A stretch of 64,000 bases of DNA from Malacoraja senta (lineage: Eukaryota): the NCBI GenBank assembly GCA_038087875.1, contig CM075988.1, positions 22,818,001 to 22,882,000 of the forward strand, written 5' to 3'. Below are positions 26,135-38,975 of the stretch, piece by piece. Below the pieces are notes generated by a model, which worked only from the letters and a program-made list of their open reading frames with translations, searched no databases and had not been told where the DNA came from. A program made the position numbers and the translations under genes. The stretch's first letter is position 1. Every line of letters starts with the position of its first letter.

Positions 26135-26677
26135 GCCGGGACATTCCGAGAGGGATGGGCACTCCGGCGCCCGAGACCCGAAGCCCGACGCCTGGTGGGA
26201 GGGTGGTGCTGGAGTGAGGGCCGAGCCCGGGGCTTGGGATGGGGCAGTGACTGGGGCCAAAAGAGAAGCCGCCGCTGGAACCAATGAAAACCTTGGTCCG
26301 GGGTCAGGGACGAGCCTGGAGATGAAGTCGGGGCCTCCACTGGAGCAAGGGCGGCGAAATAAAAATAAGAATAAGTTTAATTTGACACCTAATTCACTTT
26401 CATATCTTCAGTATTAAAAAAGTTATGGCCATTTTCATACTCGGAAATTAGCATCTTGTTCCCTATTGCTTTTCCATTGACTTAACACAAAAGCTGTGAT
26501 CGAAGACAGTCAAAAGCCCATAACTTTCTTAAAAATTAAGAGAACTGAAAGAAATTTTCAGTTATTATAGATTGAAGCATTCTGAAACAAATATGAAACA
26601 ATCTTACTTAGATGACATGAAATTAAAGCATATAATTAGTTAGTTACCTAATTGAAGCTAATTACAAAATTCAATAA

Positions 26678-27304
26678 AAAGCCTGTCTCACGAGTCTGCG
26701 GTGATACAGGAAGTATCTACCGCTCGTGGACCGCCAGAGACCGCTGGTTCGGTCAAACGTCCACCGCCGAGGCCGTGTGGCGTTGGTCCCAACACCGCAC
26801 GGTGCTCACAAAAAGTCAGCACTGTTTAAAAATAATTTCTTACTGCACAGCCGCCGTCAGTGAGGCACGAGTGCGGCACGGTCACCGCCACAGCCGCCGC
26901 CAGTGAGGCACGAGTGCGGCACGGTCACCGCCACAGCCGCCGCCAGTGCAGCACGAGCCCCGTGAGTGGAACTTTCACCGCCACAGCCTCCGCCAGTGAG
27001 GCACATGTGCGGCACGGTCACCGCCACAGCCTCCGCCAGTGAGACACGTGTGTGGCACGGGCGCCACCACAGCGCCGCGATCAGCACTACCGCCGCCACA
27101 GCCCCGCTTGCTTTATTAGAAAGCAAATTTCGATAACACCGCAAGCTCGTGGGACCGGCCGTACTGAGATCACTCAGCCCCCGCGCAGCATCCGTGCGGC
27201 GCTCCCGCGGCATAGGCTCGCCGCTCTCGGGGTTGACGTGCGGTCCCCTCTTCCGGCGACGCCGCGCTTCACCGCCAATGACCGCAACACCATGAGACAG
27301 AGCC
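26678..27304. mobile_element. GC-rich PIF/Harbinger-like MITE nested in the hAT-like element
   Basis: Absent from the paralogous copy, which reads ttcaaTTActagatc. Flanked by TAA and TTA; imperfect TIR core ctgtctca/tgagacag. Confidence 0.65.
26846..27100. repeat. 43-bp GC-rich minisatellite, about 5-6 units
   Basis: Unit cacagccgccgccagtgaggcacgagtgcggcacggtcaccgc. Confidence 0.9.
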
Positions 27305-29463
27305 TTACTAGATCTAAACATCTATCAATTTCTTAAGAATAGATTAACATTTTTTAATAGCCTAAGTGTCCAAATAACATTCACACAAGAATTCACAATA
27401 TAACATAATTTTAAAATCTCATTGTCATGGATTTACAGGCCAAATGGAAGGAATTGAATGTTTAATACCTGTAAATTAATGGGCATTTAAATCATTTTGC
27501 GAGTGAGGTTTTCTAGAACGCGATCATTTGGAACGTTGGAGTTGCGGTGAATTTAACTCCGTATCGGCATGAAAAATACTGCGGGGAATAAAATCACCGT
27601 TTCGCATAAAAAAATGTGAATTAAAGGCTTCTTAAGAAGCACTTTTATACATTAAGCACTTTTATACATTAAAATAAACTACTTTCATTTACCTGTCCCG
27701 TGTGTGAAATCTGTCCCCGTTGTCGGCATTGACGGCTTTCGAAGCTGATTTTAAAATGACTCCAGCGCTGACATTGTCGATTTAATAAAAATAAAAAATA
27801 CACAAAACCCCCGTAGGAACGATTTTTCAGCAAACGCTTGTACTCCAACGAAATATAATACAGGACAAGGTAGGAGAAACCCGCGTTTTAACCCCGACCC
27901 CCCCCCCCTTAAAGGCACCAAAATCGCGCACACGGCCAGTGGCAGAACTGCAGCGCCGCTGAAGGTAAGTATTGTAACATACCTACCACTTGGTCTAGTA
28001 GATAATAAAATTCACGCTTATGAAATTGATGTGGGAAAAAAATAAACAGAAAAGAGAAAAGAAACAGTAAATGTTGCCAACTTTATTTTTAGTACCGCAG
28101 GCGAGTACGATTTCACCTCACTGCATCAATTGGGTTAACAGTGTCAGCCACGTCCCTCCATTGTCTTGCCCTCTCTAGACAGAACAGGAATCTCAGAGGT
28201 CAGCACTACCACGCTCTTCATCTACAAGGCCTTCTCTCTGTGCTGCATTGTGCGGAGCTGCAATAGTCATGGTCAGCTCCTTAAAATAATCCCCTGGCAT
28301 TTACTTCACTTCCACTAAATCGCTGCACTTTAACCCATAATTCCCCTCCCTGAACTTCTACACCATCTCACACCCATGAACTCTGACACTCAAATCCAAT
28401 TCCTTTCACTGATTTCCCTGATCTTCGATTCCAATTCCTTTCCCTCATTTCCAAACTCCTTTCCTATTCCATGTATGTCAGAGAAAATGCCTTGCATATT
28501 CAAGAGCACGACACTGCTGCACTCTGAGATATCTGTTCACATGTCCTTGGATGGGAAAGGAGGTGGCTGTTTTGTTGCCAACCCAATCAATGAGGTGCCG
28601 TTATACAAATCTTATTGCCCCACTATATTAAGTGACTAAAAATAAAAAAATAAGACAAACTTTGTTTCTTTTGAATGAACCATTTCCCCATAGTATAATG
28701 TGGGCCTAAACTGTTAAATACCGATTGTGGTACACTTCATCATCACCAATAAAATGGCTTAACATGAGAGAAAAATGTCCCATAGGAACACGGCTTGTAA
28801 CATGGGATTCAAGGGGAAAAGGGGAAAATTATAGAAAGTCGCGATACAGAGGTTTTCTAGGAATGCAACTCCTCTGTAACGGGGGGTGGGGGGTGTGTGG
28901 GGGGGGGGGGGGGAGGTTGCCTGCAGTTACAGTTACTGGTAGAAATCAACAGTAGCACAAGATATATTTTTTGATGGCCTATTAAAAATATTTCAGTTAT
29001 ATAAGTGTGAGTTGGGAGCTTGAAACCAATTTTCCCAGACCTTAACTTCTAAGACATTGCCAGCATTATGGCAATACAATATGCCCACCACATTGAATTT
29101 ATTGCAAGAAAATTGAAATGCCTTTGAAGTGAAGTAGTCTTGCTGCAAAAATGTGGGATCCTGGTGAAACAACACCAGAAAGAGGATCCCTTAGAGGGGT
29201 TGCAACAAAGGTTATTCATGAGAAAATTTTCCTATTGAATAAAAAAACTCGATTATCTCAGGAGTTCAGAAGAATGAGAAGTGATCCAAATGAAAAATGT
29301 AAAATTCCCCAAATGTTTTATCAGGCAGATATTGACAGCGCCGTTTAACCTGGTTGTAGAATTTAAAAAATAGTCTCAGGATAAGAAACCGATCAGTTAG
29401 AAAAGAAATGTGAAGACACCTCTTCACAAATTCTTCTGCCCCAGACGGTTATGGATGTTGAGT

Positions 29464-31573
29464 TACATAGATACATAGAAAATAGGTGCAGGAGTAGGCC
29501 ATTCGGCCCTTCGAGCCTGCACCGCCATTCAATACGATCATGGCTGATCATCCAACTCAGTATCCCGTACCTGCCTTCTCTCCATACCCCCTGATCCCTT
29601 TAGCCACAAGGGCCACATCTAATTCCCTCTTAAATATAGCCAATGAACTGGCCTCAACTACCCTCTGTGGCAGAGAGTTCCAGAGATTCACCACTCTCTG
29701 TGTGAAAAAGTTTTTCCTCATCTCGGTCTTAAAGGATTTCCCCCTTATCCTTAAGCTGTGACCCCTTGTCCTGGACTTCCCCAACATCGGGAACAATCTT
29801 CCTGCATCTAGCCTGTCCAACCCCATAAGAATTTTGTACGTTTCTATAAGATCCCCTCTCAATCTCCTAAATTCTAGCGAGTATAAGCCAAGTCTATCCA
29901 GTCTTTCTTCATATGAAAGTCCTGACATCCCAGGAATCAGTCTGGTGAACCTTCTCTGCACTCCCTCTATGGCTATAATGTCCTTCCTCAGATTTGGAGA
30001 CCAAAACTGTACGCAATACTCCAGGTGTGGTCTCACCAAGACCCTGTACAACTGCAGTAGAACCTCCCTGCTCCTATACTCAAATCCTCTTGCTATGAAG
30101 GCCAACATACCATTCGCTTTCTTCACTGCCTGCTGCACCTGCATGCCTACTTTCAATGACTGGTGTACCATGACACCCAGGTCTCGCTGCATCTCCCCAT
30201 TTCCTAATCGGCCACCATTTAGATAATAGTCTGCCTTCCCGTTTTTGCTACCAAAGTGGATAACCTCACATTTATCCACATTATACTGCATCTGCCAAAC
30301 ATTTGCCCACTCACCCAGCCTATCCAAGTCACCTTGCAGTCTCCTAGCATCCTCCTCACAGCTAACACTGCCCCCCAGCTTAGTGTCATCCGCAAACTTG
30401 GAGATGTTGCTTTCAATTCCCTCGTCCAGATCATTAATATAAATTGTAAATAGCTGGGGTCCCAGCACTGAGCCTTGCGGTACCCCACTAGTCACTGCCT
30501 GCCATTGTGAAAAGGACCCGTTTACTCCTACTCTTTGCTTCCTGTTTGCCAGCCAGTTCTCTATCCACATCAATACTGAACCCCCAATACCGTGTGATTT
30601 AAGTTTGTATCCTAATCTCTTATGTGGTACCTTGTCGAAAGCCTTCTGAAAGTCCAGATACAACACATCCACTGGTTCTCCACTATCCACTCTACTAGTT
30701 ACATCCTCGAAAAATTCTATAAGATTCGTCAGACACGATTTACCTTTCGTAAATCCATGCTGACTTTGTCCAATGATTTCACCACTTTCCAAATGTGCTG
30801 CTATCCCATCTTTAATAACTGACTCTAGCAGTTTCCCCACTACCGATGTTAGACTAACTGGTCTGTAATTCCCCGTTTTCTCTCTCCCTCCCTTCTTAAA
30901 AAGTGGGGTTACGTTTGCTACCCTCCAATCCTCAGGAACTACTCCAGAATCTAAAGAGTTTTGAAAAATTATCACTAATGCATCCACTATTTCTGGAGCT
31001 ACTTCCTTAAGTACTCTGGGATGCAGCCTATCTGGCCCTGGTGATTTATCGGCCTTTAATCCATTCAATTTACCCAACACCACTTCCCGACTAACCTGGA
31101 TTTCACTCAGTTCCTCCATCTCCTTTGACCCGCGGCCCCCTGCTATTTCCGGCAGATTATTTATGTCTTCCTTAGTGAAGACGGAACCAAAGTAGTTATT
31201 CAATTGGTCTGCCATATCCTTGTTCCCCATGATCAATTCACCCGTTTCTGACTGCAAGGGACCTACATTTGATTTAACTAATCTCTTTCTCTTCACATAT
31301 CTATAAAAACTTTTGCAGTCAGTTTTTATGTTCCCTGCCAGTTTCCTTTCATAATCTATTTTCCCTTTCCTAATTAAGCCCTTTGTCCTCCTCTGCTGGT
31401 CTCTGAATTTCTCCCAGTCCTCTGGTATGCTGCTTTTTCTGGCTAATTTGTACGCATCATCTTTTGCTTTGATACTATCCCTGATTTCCCTTGTTATCCA
31501 CGGATGCACTACCTTCCTTGATTTATTCTTTTGCCAAACTGGGATGAACAATTTTTGTAGTTCATCCATGCAG
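29464..31573 (-). mobile_element. Young 5'-truncated CR1 LINE with an uninterrupted RT ORF2 portion
   Basis: About 670 open codons: KSPGPD.LHPRVLKE, NYRPVSLTS, YLDFQKAFDKV, GVPQGSVLGP, KFADD; 3' UTR and 8-nt tail repeat. Confidence 0.97.
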
Positions 31574-31859
31574 TTACCCATAGACCACAATTCCCCCATC
31601 ATCATAATCATCAAATATAAGTTGATGATTATATTTAAGACTGCGATTAAGAAATCTCTCTGCACTTATAGAATATGGGGGAAATTGCATTAATAAAGTT
31701 CAGCTACAAACTCATTGGATGGCAGCACTCAAATGAGTGAAGAGGAGGGGAACGGGTTGTGTAAGGTATAATATAAAGACACATGTTTAATTACTATAAA
31801 ATGATAATGCACGTAAATGTAGGTTGATGCACAAGCATTCTTTTCCTTTAAGAAGTTAT

Positions 31860-32130
31860 AACAGGATGGTCATTTAAAATAGGTGTGTGGGAATTTCTTC
31901 TCGCAGAGGATAGGGAATCTCTGAAATGTTCTACCCCAGTGAAATGTGGTGGCAAGATTATTGAAAGTATTTAAAGAGGAGATAGATGTTTTTGTAAAAG
32001 ATGGGGGAATTGTGGTCTATGGGTAACTGGCAGTGAAGGAGTTGCAATCTGGGGCCAATCACCTTGATCGGATTGAAGAGTTCGACAGACTTGAGTGGCC
32101 TATTGCATATCCTGCTCCTTTGTTCTTTAA
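31860..32130 (+). mobile_element. Old CR1 3' end
   Basis: aatttcttctcgcagaggatagggaatctctgaaat...tttaaagaggagatagat...gagtggcctatt. Confidence 0.65.
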
Positions 32131-33189
32131 CCTCAATTTTCCTTGTAGAGATGAACATATTTCCTCCAGTGACTATTTCTTTGCATAATTTCATTTAAAA
32201 AGGAAATTCAGTATACAAAACAAAGTTGTTTTATATGCAGGTTTGAATGCATTTTACATGACTGTGGAATACAACTGTTTATATTCAGTTTGCAGCATTT
32301 GATATTGTGTGTTCAGGTAAATCTATTTCCTTTATTGCAGTTAGTTGATTATCAATGGTGCACACAACAGGATAACAAAGTGCAAGGTCTACTGAGAATG
32401 TAGAAGCTGGGTAGCAACTGGAAAATTGTTTACTTGGACACCTACAGCTCTTTTGGCAAAATCAATACATTGATCAGCTTGTTATTAACTCCGTGGCTGT
32501 CAAGAGAAAGAGCCTGTATTTGTTGTGTAGTTTAAGGTTATGTAATGTGACCAATTCCAGTAAAATTCCCCCCACATTGAAAACTCTGGACATAATTGAT
32601 GTAATATTTAATCTTGCTGTTCAGTTGAAATGAACCACTCATGGAATATTATTTCGTATTTAGGATGTTTAACATATTTGCAGAGAATTTAAATATATTT
32701 ATCCAGAATTTCCATTGCTGGAAGGAAAAATGAAATACCTCTGTAATAATTAATTAGATTTCATGCTCCTGAAATGCTTTTGAGAACATTACATTTCCAA
32801 AAAAAAACCAAATTATTTTTAACTTGTTACCTGATTTTTTTTATGCCTTCAAAATCACTCACTCACACTGTGTTTCCAAACCCTTGTATTTTTTTACATT
32901 TCCAATTTTCAGGAATTTCTAATAAAATAATCGTTTGGTGTTACATATGATGTCTTTAATTTTTATTTGATAATGTGACTTTTAAATTGTGCATTTTTCA
33001 TATTTTTAGGTTCGTCTTTCTTTAGAATAGCCGAAAGCCATTCAGCCTATCAAGTCTATTTCAGCTCACAGTGTAATCCTATTCCGGCACTTCCGTCCCA
33101 GTAACTTTGATTGTTTCAAACATCTATACGGTCTCAAATACTGACCATTTCCTGACACTTGATTTCCCCCTGCCATTCACCTGGAGCTG

Positions 33190-33345
33190 GGGTAAATTAC
33201 AGTAGCTAATCGACCCACCACCAACACTTGTTTGGGATGTGGGAGTCTCCAGGGGAAATCCACTTGGTCCAAGGGAGAACGTGCAAACTCCACACAAATG
33301 GCACAGGAGGTCAGGATTGAAGCTGGTCACTGGAGCTCTGATGTA
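33190..33345 (-). mobile_element. Degenerate tRNA-derived SINE
   Basis: tttgggatgtgggag...gggagaacgtgcaaactccacaca. Confidence 0.65.
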
Positions 33346-35455
33346 GTTCTTCATTCATTTGGCAAAACTGTGAGTTCAGTTAGTGAAGAGGAGAATGAAA
33401 TTCAAAATTTAACTCCTTTATTCTTAAAATTGGTTTGTAGTTGAAGCAATATTATGCAGAGATCATTGAAATGTAACCTACTCAATGCACTTCAGAAGCA
33501 CAACATCTACTGTTAATTTTTCATGCCACTTTTCATTTCACTGCACATCCTGTATGTGTATGTGACAAATAAACTTGACTTGACTTAATTAACAATATTG
33601 TGAATAAACCACTGTTCAATCACTTTTTTGGCGCTTAATGGAATAGCCATGACGTTGCTGGAGTAAATTAGGGAGAAAACATAGTTGTACCTAACACAGG
33701 TAGTGAGAGGTGCCTTTGCATATGAAGGTATATTATTGGAAAGAAATATTATTATTATTGTTCTCCTAAATTAGTTGCCCTTTGTTATAGAAACCAAAAG
33801 TTAATGCATTTGACTGAAGTATTGACTGAAAATACCAGATTTTGCCCAATAACCATAATAACACACTGAACTGAATCAAAGTTGAAAATCAACAATTTTC
33901 ATATCTTGCTTTTAATTTCATTGATGTTTTGACGTTGATGTTTTGACCCAGTGATATTGTTTTGTTCCTTATTTTCATTTAAAGTGAAATTTTAAAGATA
34001 ATCCATTGTAATATTAGTGCTGTGAGCTGTCCTGTGTTGCCATGGTTTGTTGGAAGAAAAGTGCAAATTTTCATAATTTCAGGATGCCTATTGAAACGTA
34101 TTCTGCAACAAAGTAGTGTAACGGTTATGTGTTGAGCTTATACAGTTTATGTTGCAAATTGCAATCATAATTTGTACAGGAAAGGAGGAAGCAGGAGAGG
34201 GTAAACAGAGAAAATGAAAGATTAAGAAAATAATTTGAAGAATCATACTTAATAGATGGATGAGAATGGATTAAATAAGGGGGAGGAGAATTTTGACAAG
34301 TTTTACTTTCTTATTTGATTTCTATAAAGCACACAGAGGCTTGATTATCACCTCTCTCCCTCAGTTCACCATTTTCAGTCACCACCACTCCATCTTTCCC
34401 AATTTCTAATGATGGACATCTTTGTTGATGTATTACTGCCAGTTAATATTTAAATACAAAATTATGAAATGCTTTAAGTATTCAAAGCACAGACTGTGTG
34501 TGTTAAATTATAATGACAGCCCTAGTAATTACTGACATGGAAAATAAAATATGTCTGATTAATTTTCCTTTTTCCTTTCACTAAAATGAATAAAGAGAAC
34601 AATTTAAGTTGAAATATGAGTTTTGAATTATCGTTTAAGGTTGCTTAATTGGTAGAATGGACATAAAGTAAGAATACACTGTTGCATTGTGGCCACCCTT
34701 TGGATTTGTCAAATACCCTGAAACCATCTTTTGTTTCATGAGAACTGTGCATGATTTCAGTGCCTGAAACTATATTTGAGTGTACCAGAGCATGAATCTG
34801 CAACTGTTTAACATTACTTAATAAGATATGTTTACAAGTGACTTATAAGCATATAAGCATATCATAAAAGAAGAGACCTCAGATTAAGTAAATATCACAG
34901 AATAGTTACAGCACATAAAGCTATTTGGTTTATCAGGACTGCGTCAATTCTATGCAAGAAAAATCCAGCTAGTCTCAGTGCTGTGCCTTCTCCCCATAAC
35001 TCAGCAACTTTTGAGTAGTTTTCCATTTCTCTTTCAAAAGCCGTCATTGAATCTGCCTCAACTATCCCTCCTGGTGTACATTTCAGATTCTATGCACTTG
35101 TTGCATTATGTTCTTCATGTCGCTTTTGCCAAACACCTCCATTATTGTCCTTGATGTTTCAATAAGAACTACGCATCTTCTCCACTTCAAACCGAAAATC
35201 AGGGGGAAAATGAAATACGAATTGAATTCCAGGCTTTTCATTATCACAGAATAAATGACTGCCTCAATGGTCCTTTGAAATTAGGTTTATTTTGGATTGG
35301 TGGTGGAACAATACATGTACTGTAATTATTGAGCTCAATGTAGTTGAAATGTCACCAAGTGCTTAACACTTTTGTAATCCACTGCTGTTGATGTTGTCTT
35401 TTTTGGAGTTTTCTGTGTGGGACTCTTTCTGATCTCAGGTTTGATTTCTGGTGAT

Positions 35456-35657
35456 AAAAAGGAACTGCAGATGCTGGTTTATACCAAAGATAGACACAAA
35501 ATGCTGGAGTAACTCAGCGTGTCAGGCAGCATCTCTGGAGAAAATTGATAGGAGACGTTTCGGGTTCGAACCCTTTTGCAGACTCAAAGACACCTATCCA
35601 TTTCCTCCAAGGGGTGCTGCCTGGCCCACCAAGTTACTGCAGCATTTTGCGTTTATC
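35456..35657. mobile_element. Fold-back PLE pLTR insert with 16-bp TSD
   Basis: tttgatttYtggtgat at 35440-35455 and 35658-35673. Confidence 0.78.
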
Positions 35658-38248
35658 TTTGATTTTTGGTGATTTTTATTGTGGCATTAACAATATTTTT
35701 GAAAAATGTTTATATGTCAGAGCAATTTCTATCATAGTCTTTTGACTGTTCTATCTGAATTTGATTGAGGAGTTTCTCTATGAATAAGTGGTTTGGTCTT
35801 TGCAGCATGAATGCGATGAAGACTGCCATTTTAAACCTCAAACATGTAACATTCACAATCACTTTGATGCCTTCTGACAATGTTGTACCTACCGTAAAAT
35901 TGCTACTCCAATTTTTGATTTTCAACTTTGAAGCCTATAACCCAATGGTATGAACACTGAATTTTCCAATATCAGGAAACCCACATCACCTGTTTTTTCC
36001 CACTCCTACTGGTACACCTAGATTCTTTCTTCCTTTTTTCCCCTTTTCCATCTTATTCCCCTCACTATCCAGGTCTGTTACCTAAATATCTGTTTATCAT
36101 GCCCATCCATCAACTACTGATCTCTATTTCATTCCACCCTCTCATCTCATTATGCTGGCTGCCTTTCCTCTTCACTCTCAGTCCTGATGTCACTTTTAAT
36201 CTTGACCTGAATCGTTGATCATCCCTTTGCTTGATGAATTCTTGCAGCAGTTATTTTTTTGCTTTAGCTTCCAGTATCAGCAGTTTCTGTTAATCTTTCT
36301 TAATTGTAATTCAGTTCAATTGGAGCAAACTTTTTATTGCTGGATTTATTTTAAAAAAGTGAAAAATTATTCCAATCTTTAATTTTGGTATATTCTTTCC
36401 ATCTGAAAGTATCATGAGTCTTTTATTGACTAATTTCCTCATAGTGAATTTGAATTTACATAAAACAGTTACATATGTCATTTGCCATTTACTGTTTTAA
36501 TAGAAACACTTGTTTTGATGTGTGACCTTTGCTCCATCTTAAGAAATTTGGAGCAGTAATATATGCTTGATTGAGTGGTGGTTTGCTCGAGTGGTGACAA
36601 AAAACATTTGGCGATGACAGAACTAGTCAGTTGCTTAAAATCTTCCATAGAGGAAGGAGTATTTATGCTGTAGTGATCTGTAACTATGAGTGGATAGATT
36701 GGATATGGATTCTATTCCTCATCGTGTCATTCTTTGGTGATAGATAATCAAGTGTTGCAATAGAAAGCGGAGTACAAATATCTGCATAGGCCCTTCAATT
36801 TCATCATGTAAATTCTAGAATATTATTATCAATATGAATACATCAATATAGTGCATTACATAATTGTGCAGTTGTGAGTTGGCTTAATCCTGTAAATCAT
36901 ACCTACCAGATCAGATCTGTGGCAATCTATAAAGTGAGGAGTAAATCTACTACTTGGTAAATATCCTTGATATTGTCCGTTCAATTAAGGAATGTAAATT
37001 TTTGCAATTGACATTTTTCCTGCTTGTCTGGTCTTTCTGATCAGTTCCTTACAGTAGTCTGTTGATACTGTCGGTGTGTGGGTGAGCATAGTCCAAACAA
37101 AAGCTGACAAATGGTTACCCATTTTCAACAAAGGCCCTCTGAACTGTTTATTGCAGCCAATATGATGTAGCAGAGGAAAATCTAATATCCTTTAAACGTC
37201 AGCATAATACCAAAATAATTCACATGGAGATGGCTTGCTTTGTTCAAAAGAGCACAGAACGGAGGGACTTCTCACCTGCTGTTTTAGCTGCTTGGTTCCC
37301 CACTAATTATTTCATCTTTCACTGTCCTTTTAATAACCATTGACCAACAACAACATTCTCTATTTTCAGCTACACAATCCAAATCTCTTTCATATCCATA
37401 CCACTTAATTATATTGAAGAAAAAGGATACAGATTCAAAACAAAGGCCTGGAAATAATCTCATATAGTGCCAGTATTTTAGAACAAAAAATATTTCTAGA
37501 AAGCGAATGTGAGCTTTTTGCACTGATTGCACACTCTGGAGGTTAGGTTCACGTCATTTATCCAAACAATACCAATTTTCCATTCCCTAAATTTGACCAT
37601 TTCTACAATAGGACCATTGTGTTATGACCTTCTCAATTATTTCCCTACCTTCTAAGATGTTCTCTGCCTCCACCTCCACTATGCAGTGATTCTAGTATTC
37701 CTCTCCACACAATCCCCTGCCCACCCCTTTCTGCTGACTTTCGTTTTCCCGGCCTCAATGAATTCCCTTCATGATCTCTACCAATGTAATACGATGGGCA
37801 TTTGCAGAGGAGCAGTCTTTGTGCCCATCTCCTCAAATCAAGGCCTTTTTAGCTATGCACATTGTCTGAGGGAGCCTCATGATAAAATACCTGGGGAGTA
37901 ATAACTGAGAATATTGACTAAAACAGTAATATGTTCTATTCCAGACATATCACTGCTTTTCCTCAACATTGTATTTGATTGCTATGTGTCACGCCATTTT
38001 TAGAACTGCCCATTATTGATTGTACTTGCTTTCATTGGTCTTCTGAATGGCTGAGCAAATCGGGATAGTGGTCATCAGTTATGGGGTTCCAGGTGGTTGC
38101 CACCTAGTGTCCTCCCTCATCTGATGAATCAGTCCCGCAGTAGAACAACACTTGTAAGAAACATTGAAAGTAGCAGGGCAGAATATTCTCTGGATAAGGG
38201 ATTTTGGTGGCCATAATCACCAATGACTGAGTTGGCTTAATCCTGTAA

Positions 38249-38975
38249 ATAGAAACATAGAAACATAGAAAATAGGTGCAGGAGTAGGCCATTCGGCCCT
38301 TCGAGCCTGCACCGCCATTTGATATGATCATGGCTGATCATCCAACTCAGTATCCCATCCCTGCCTTCTCTCCATACCCCCTGATCCCTTTAGCCACAAG
38401 GGCCACATCTAACTCCCTCTTAAATATAGCCAATGAACTGGCCTCAACTACCTTCTGTGGCAGAGAATTCCACAGATTCACCACTCTCTGTGTAAAAAAT
38501 GATTTCCTCATCTCGGTCCTAAAAGTCTTCCCTCTTATCCTTAAACTGTGACCCCCTAGTTCTGGACTTCCCCAACATCGGGAATAATCTTCCTGCATCT
38601 AGCCTGTCCAACCCCTTAAGAATTTTGTAAGTTTCTATAAGATCCCCCCTCAGTCTTCTGAATTCCAACGTGTACAAGCCGAGTCTATCCAGTCTTTCCT
38701 CATATGAAAGTCCTGCCATCCCAGGAATCAGTCTGGTGAACCTTCTCTGTACTCCCTCTATGGCAAGAATGTCTTTCCTCAGATTAGGAGACCAAAACTG
38801 TACGCAATACTCCAGGTGTGGTCTCACCAAGACCCTGTACAACTGCAGTAGAACCTCCCTGCTCTTATACTCAAATCCTTTTGCTATGAATGCTAACATA
38901 CCATTTGCTTTCTTCACTGCCTGCTGCACCTGCATTCCTACTTTCAATGACTGGTGTACCATGACACCCAGGTCT
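38249..38975 (-). mobile_element. Young CR1 3' fragment
   Basis: ORFs 38519-38986 and 38347-38598 are nearly identical in protein sequence to the CR1 at 29464; gaaacata tail. Confidence 0.95.

Larger units (their letters stand above)
26373..27985. mobile_element. Non-autonomous hAT-like element, left end missing or replaced, with a nested MITE
   Basis: Colinear with 57218-58122; right terminus ttgtaacataccta. Confidence 0.75.

Noticed and set aside
26846..27100. CRISPR-like array
   Set aside because: Head-to-tail minisatellite without unique spacers, no cas genes, vertebrate context.
25969..27336. Overlapping GC-rich ORFs
   Set aside because: Expected in high-GC repeat DNA; no recognisable domain.
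31574..31665. N-terminal extension of the 702-aa ORF as a domesticated RT gene
   Set aside because: It lies outside CR1 homology and is read-through into junction and flanking DNA; the endonuclease domain is absent.
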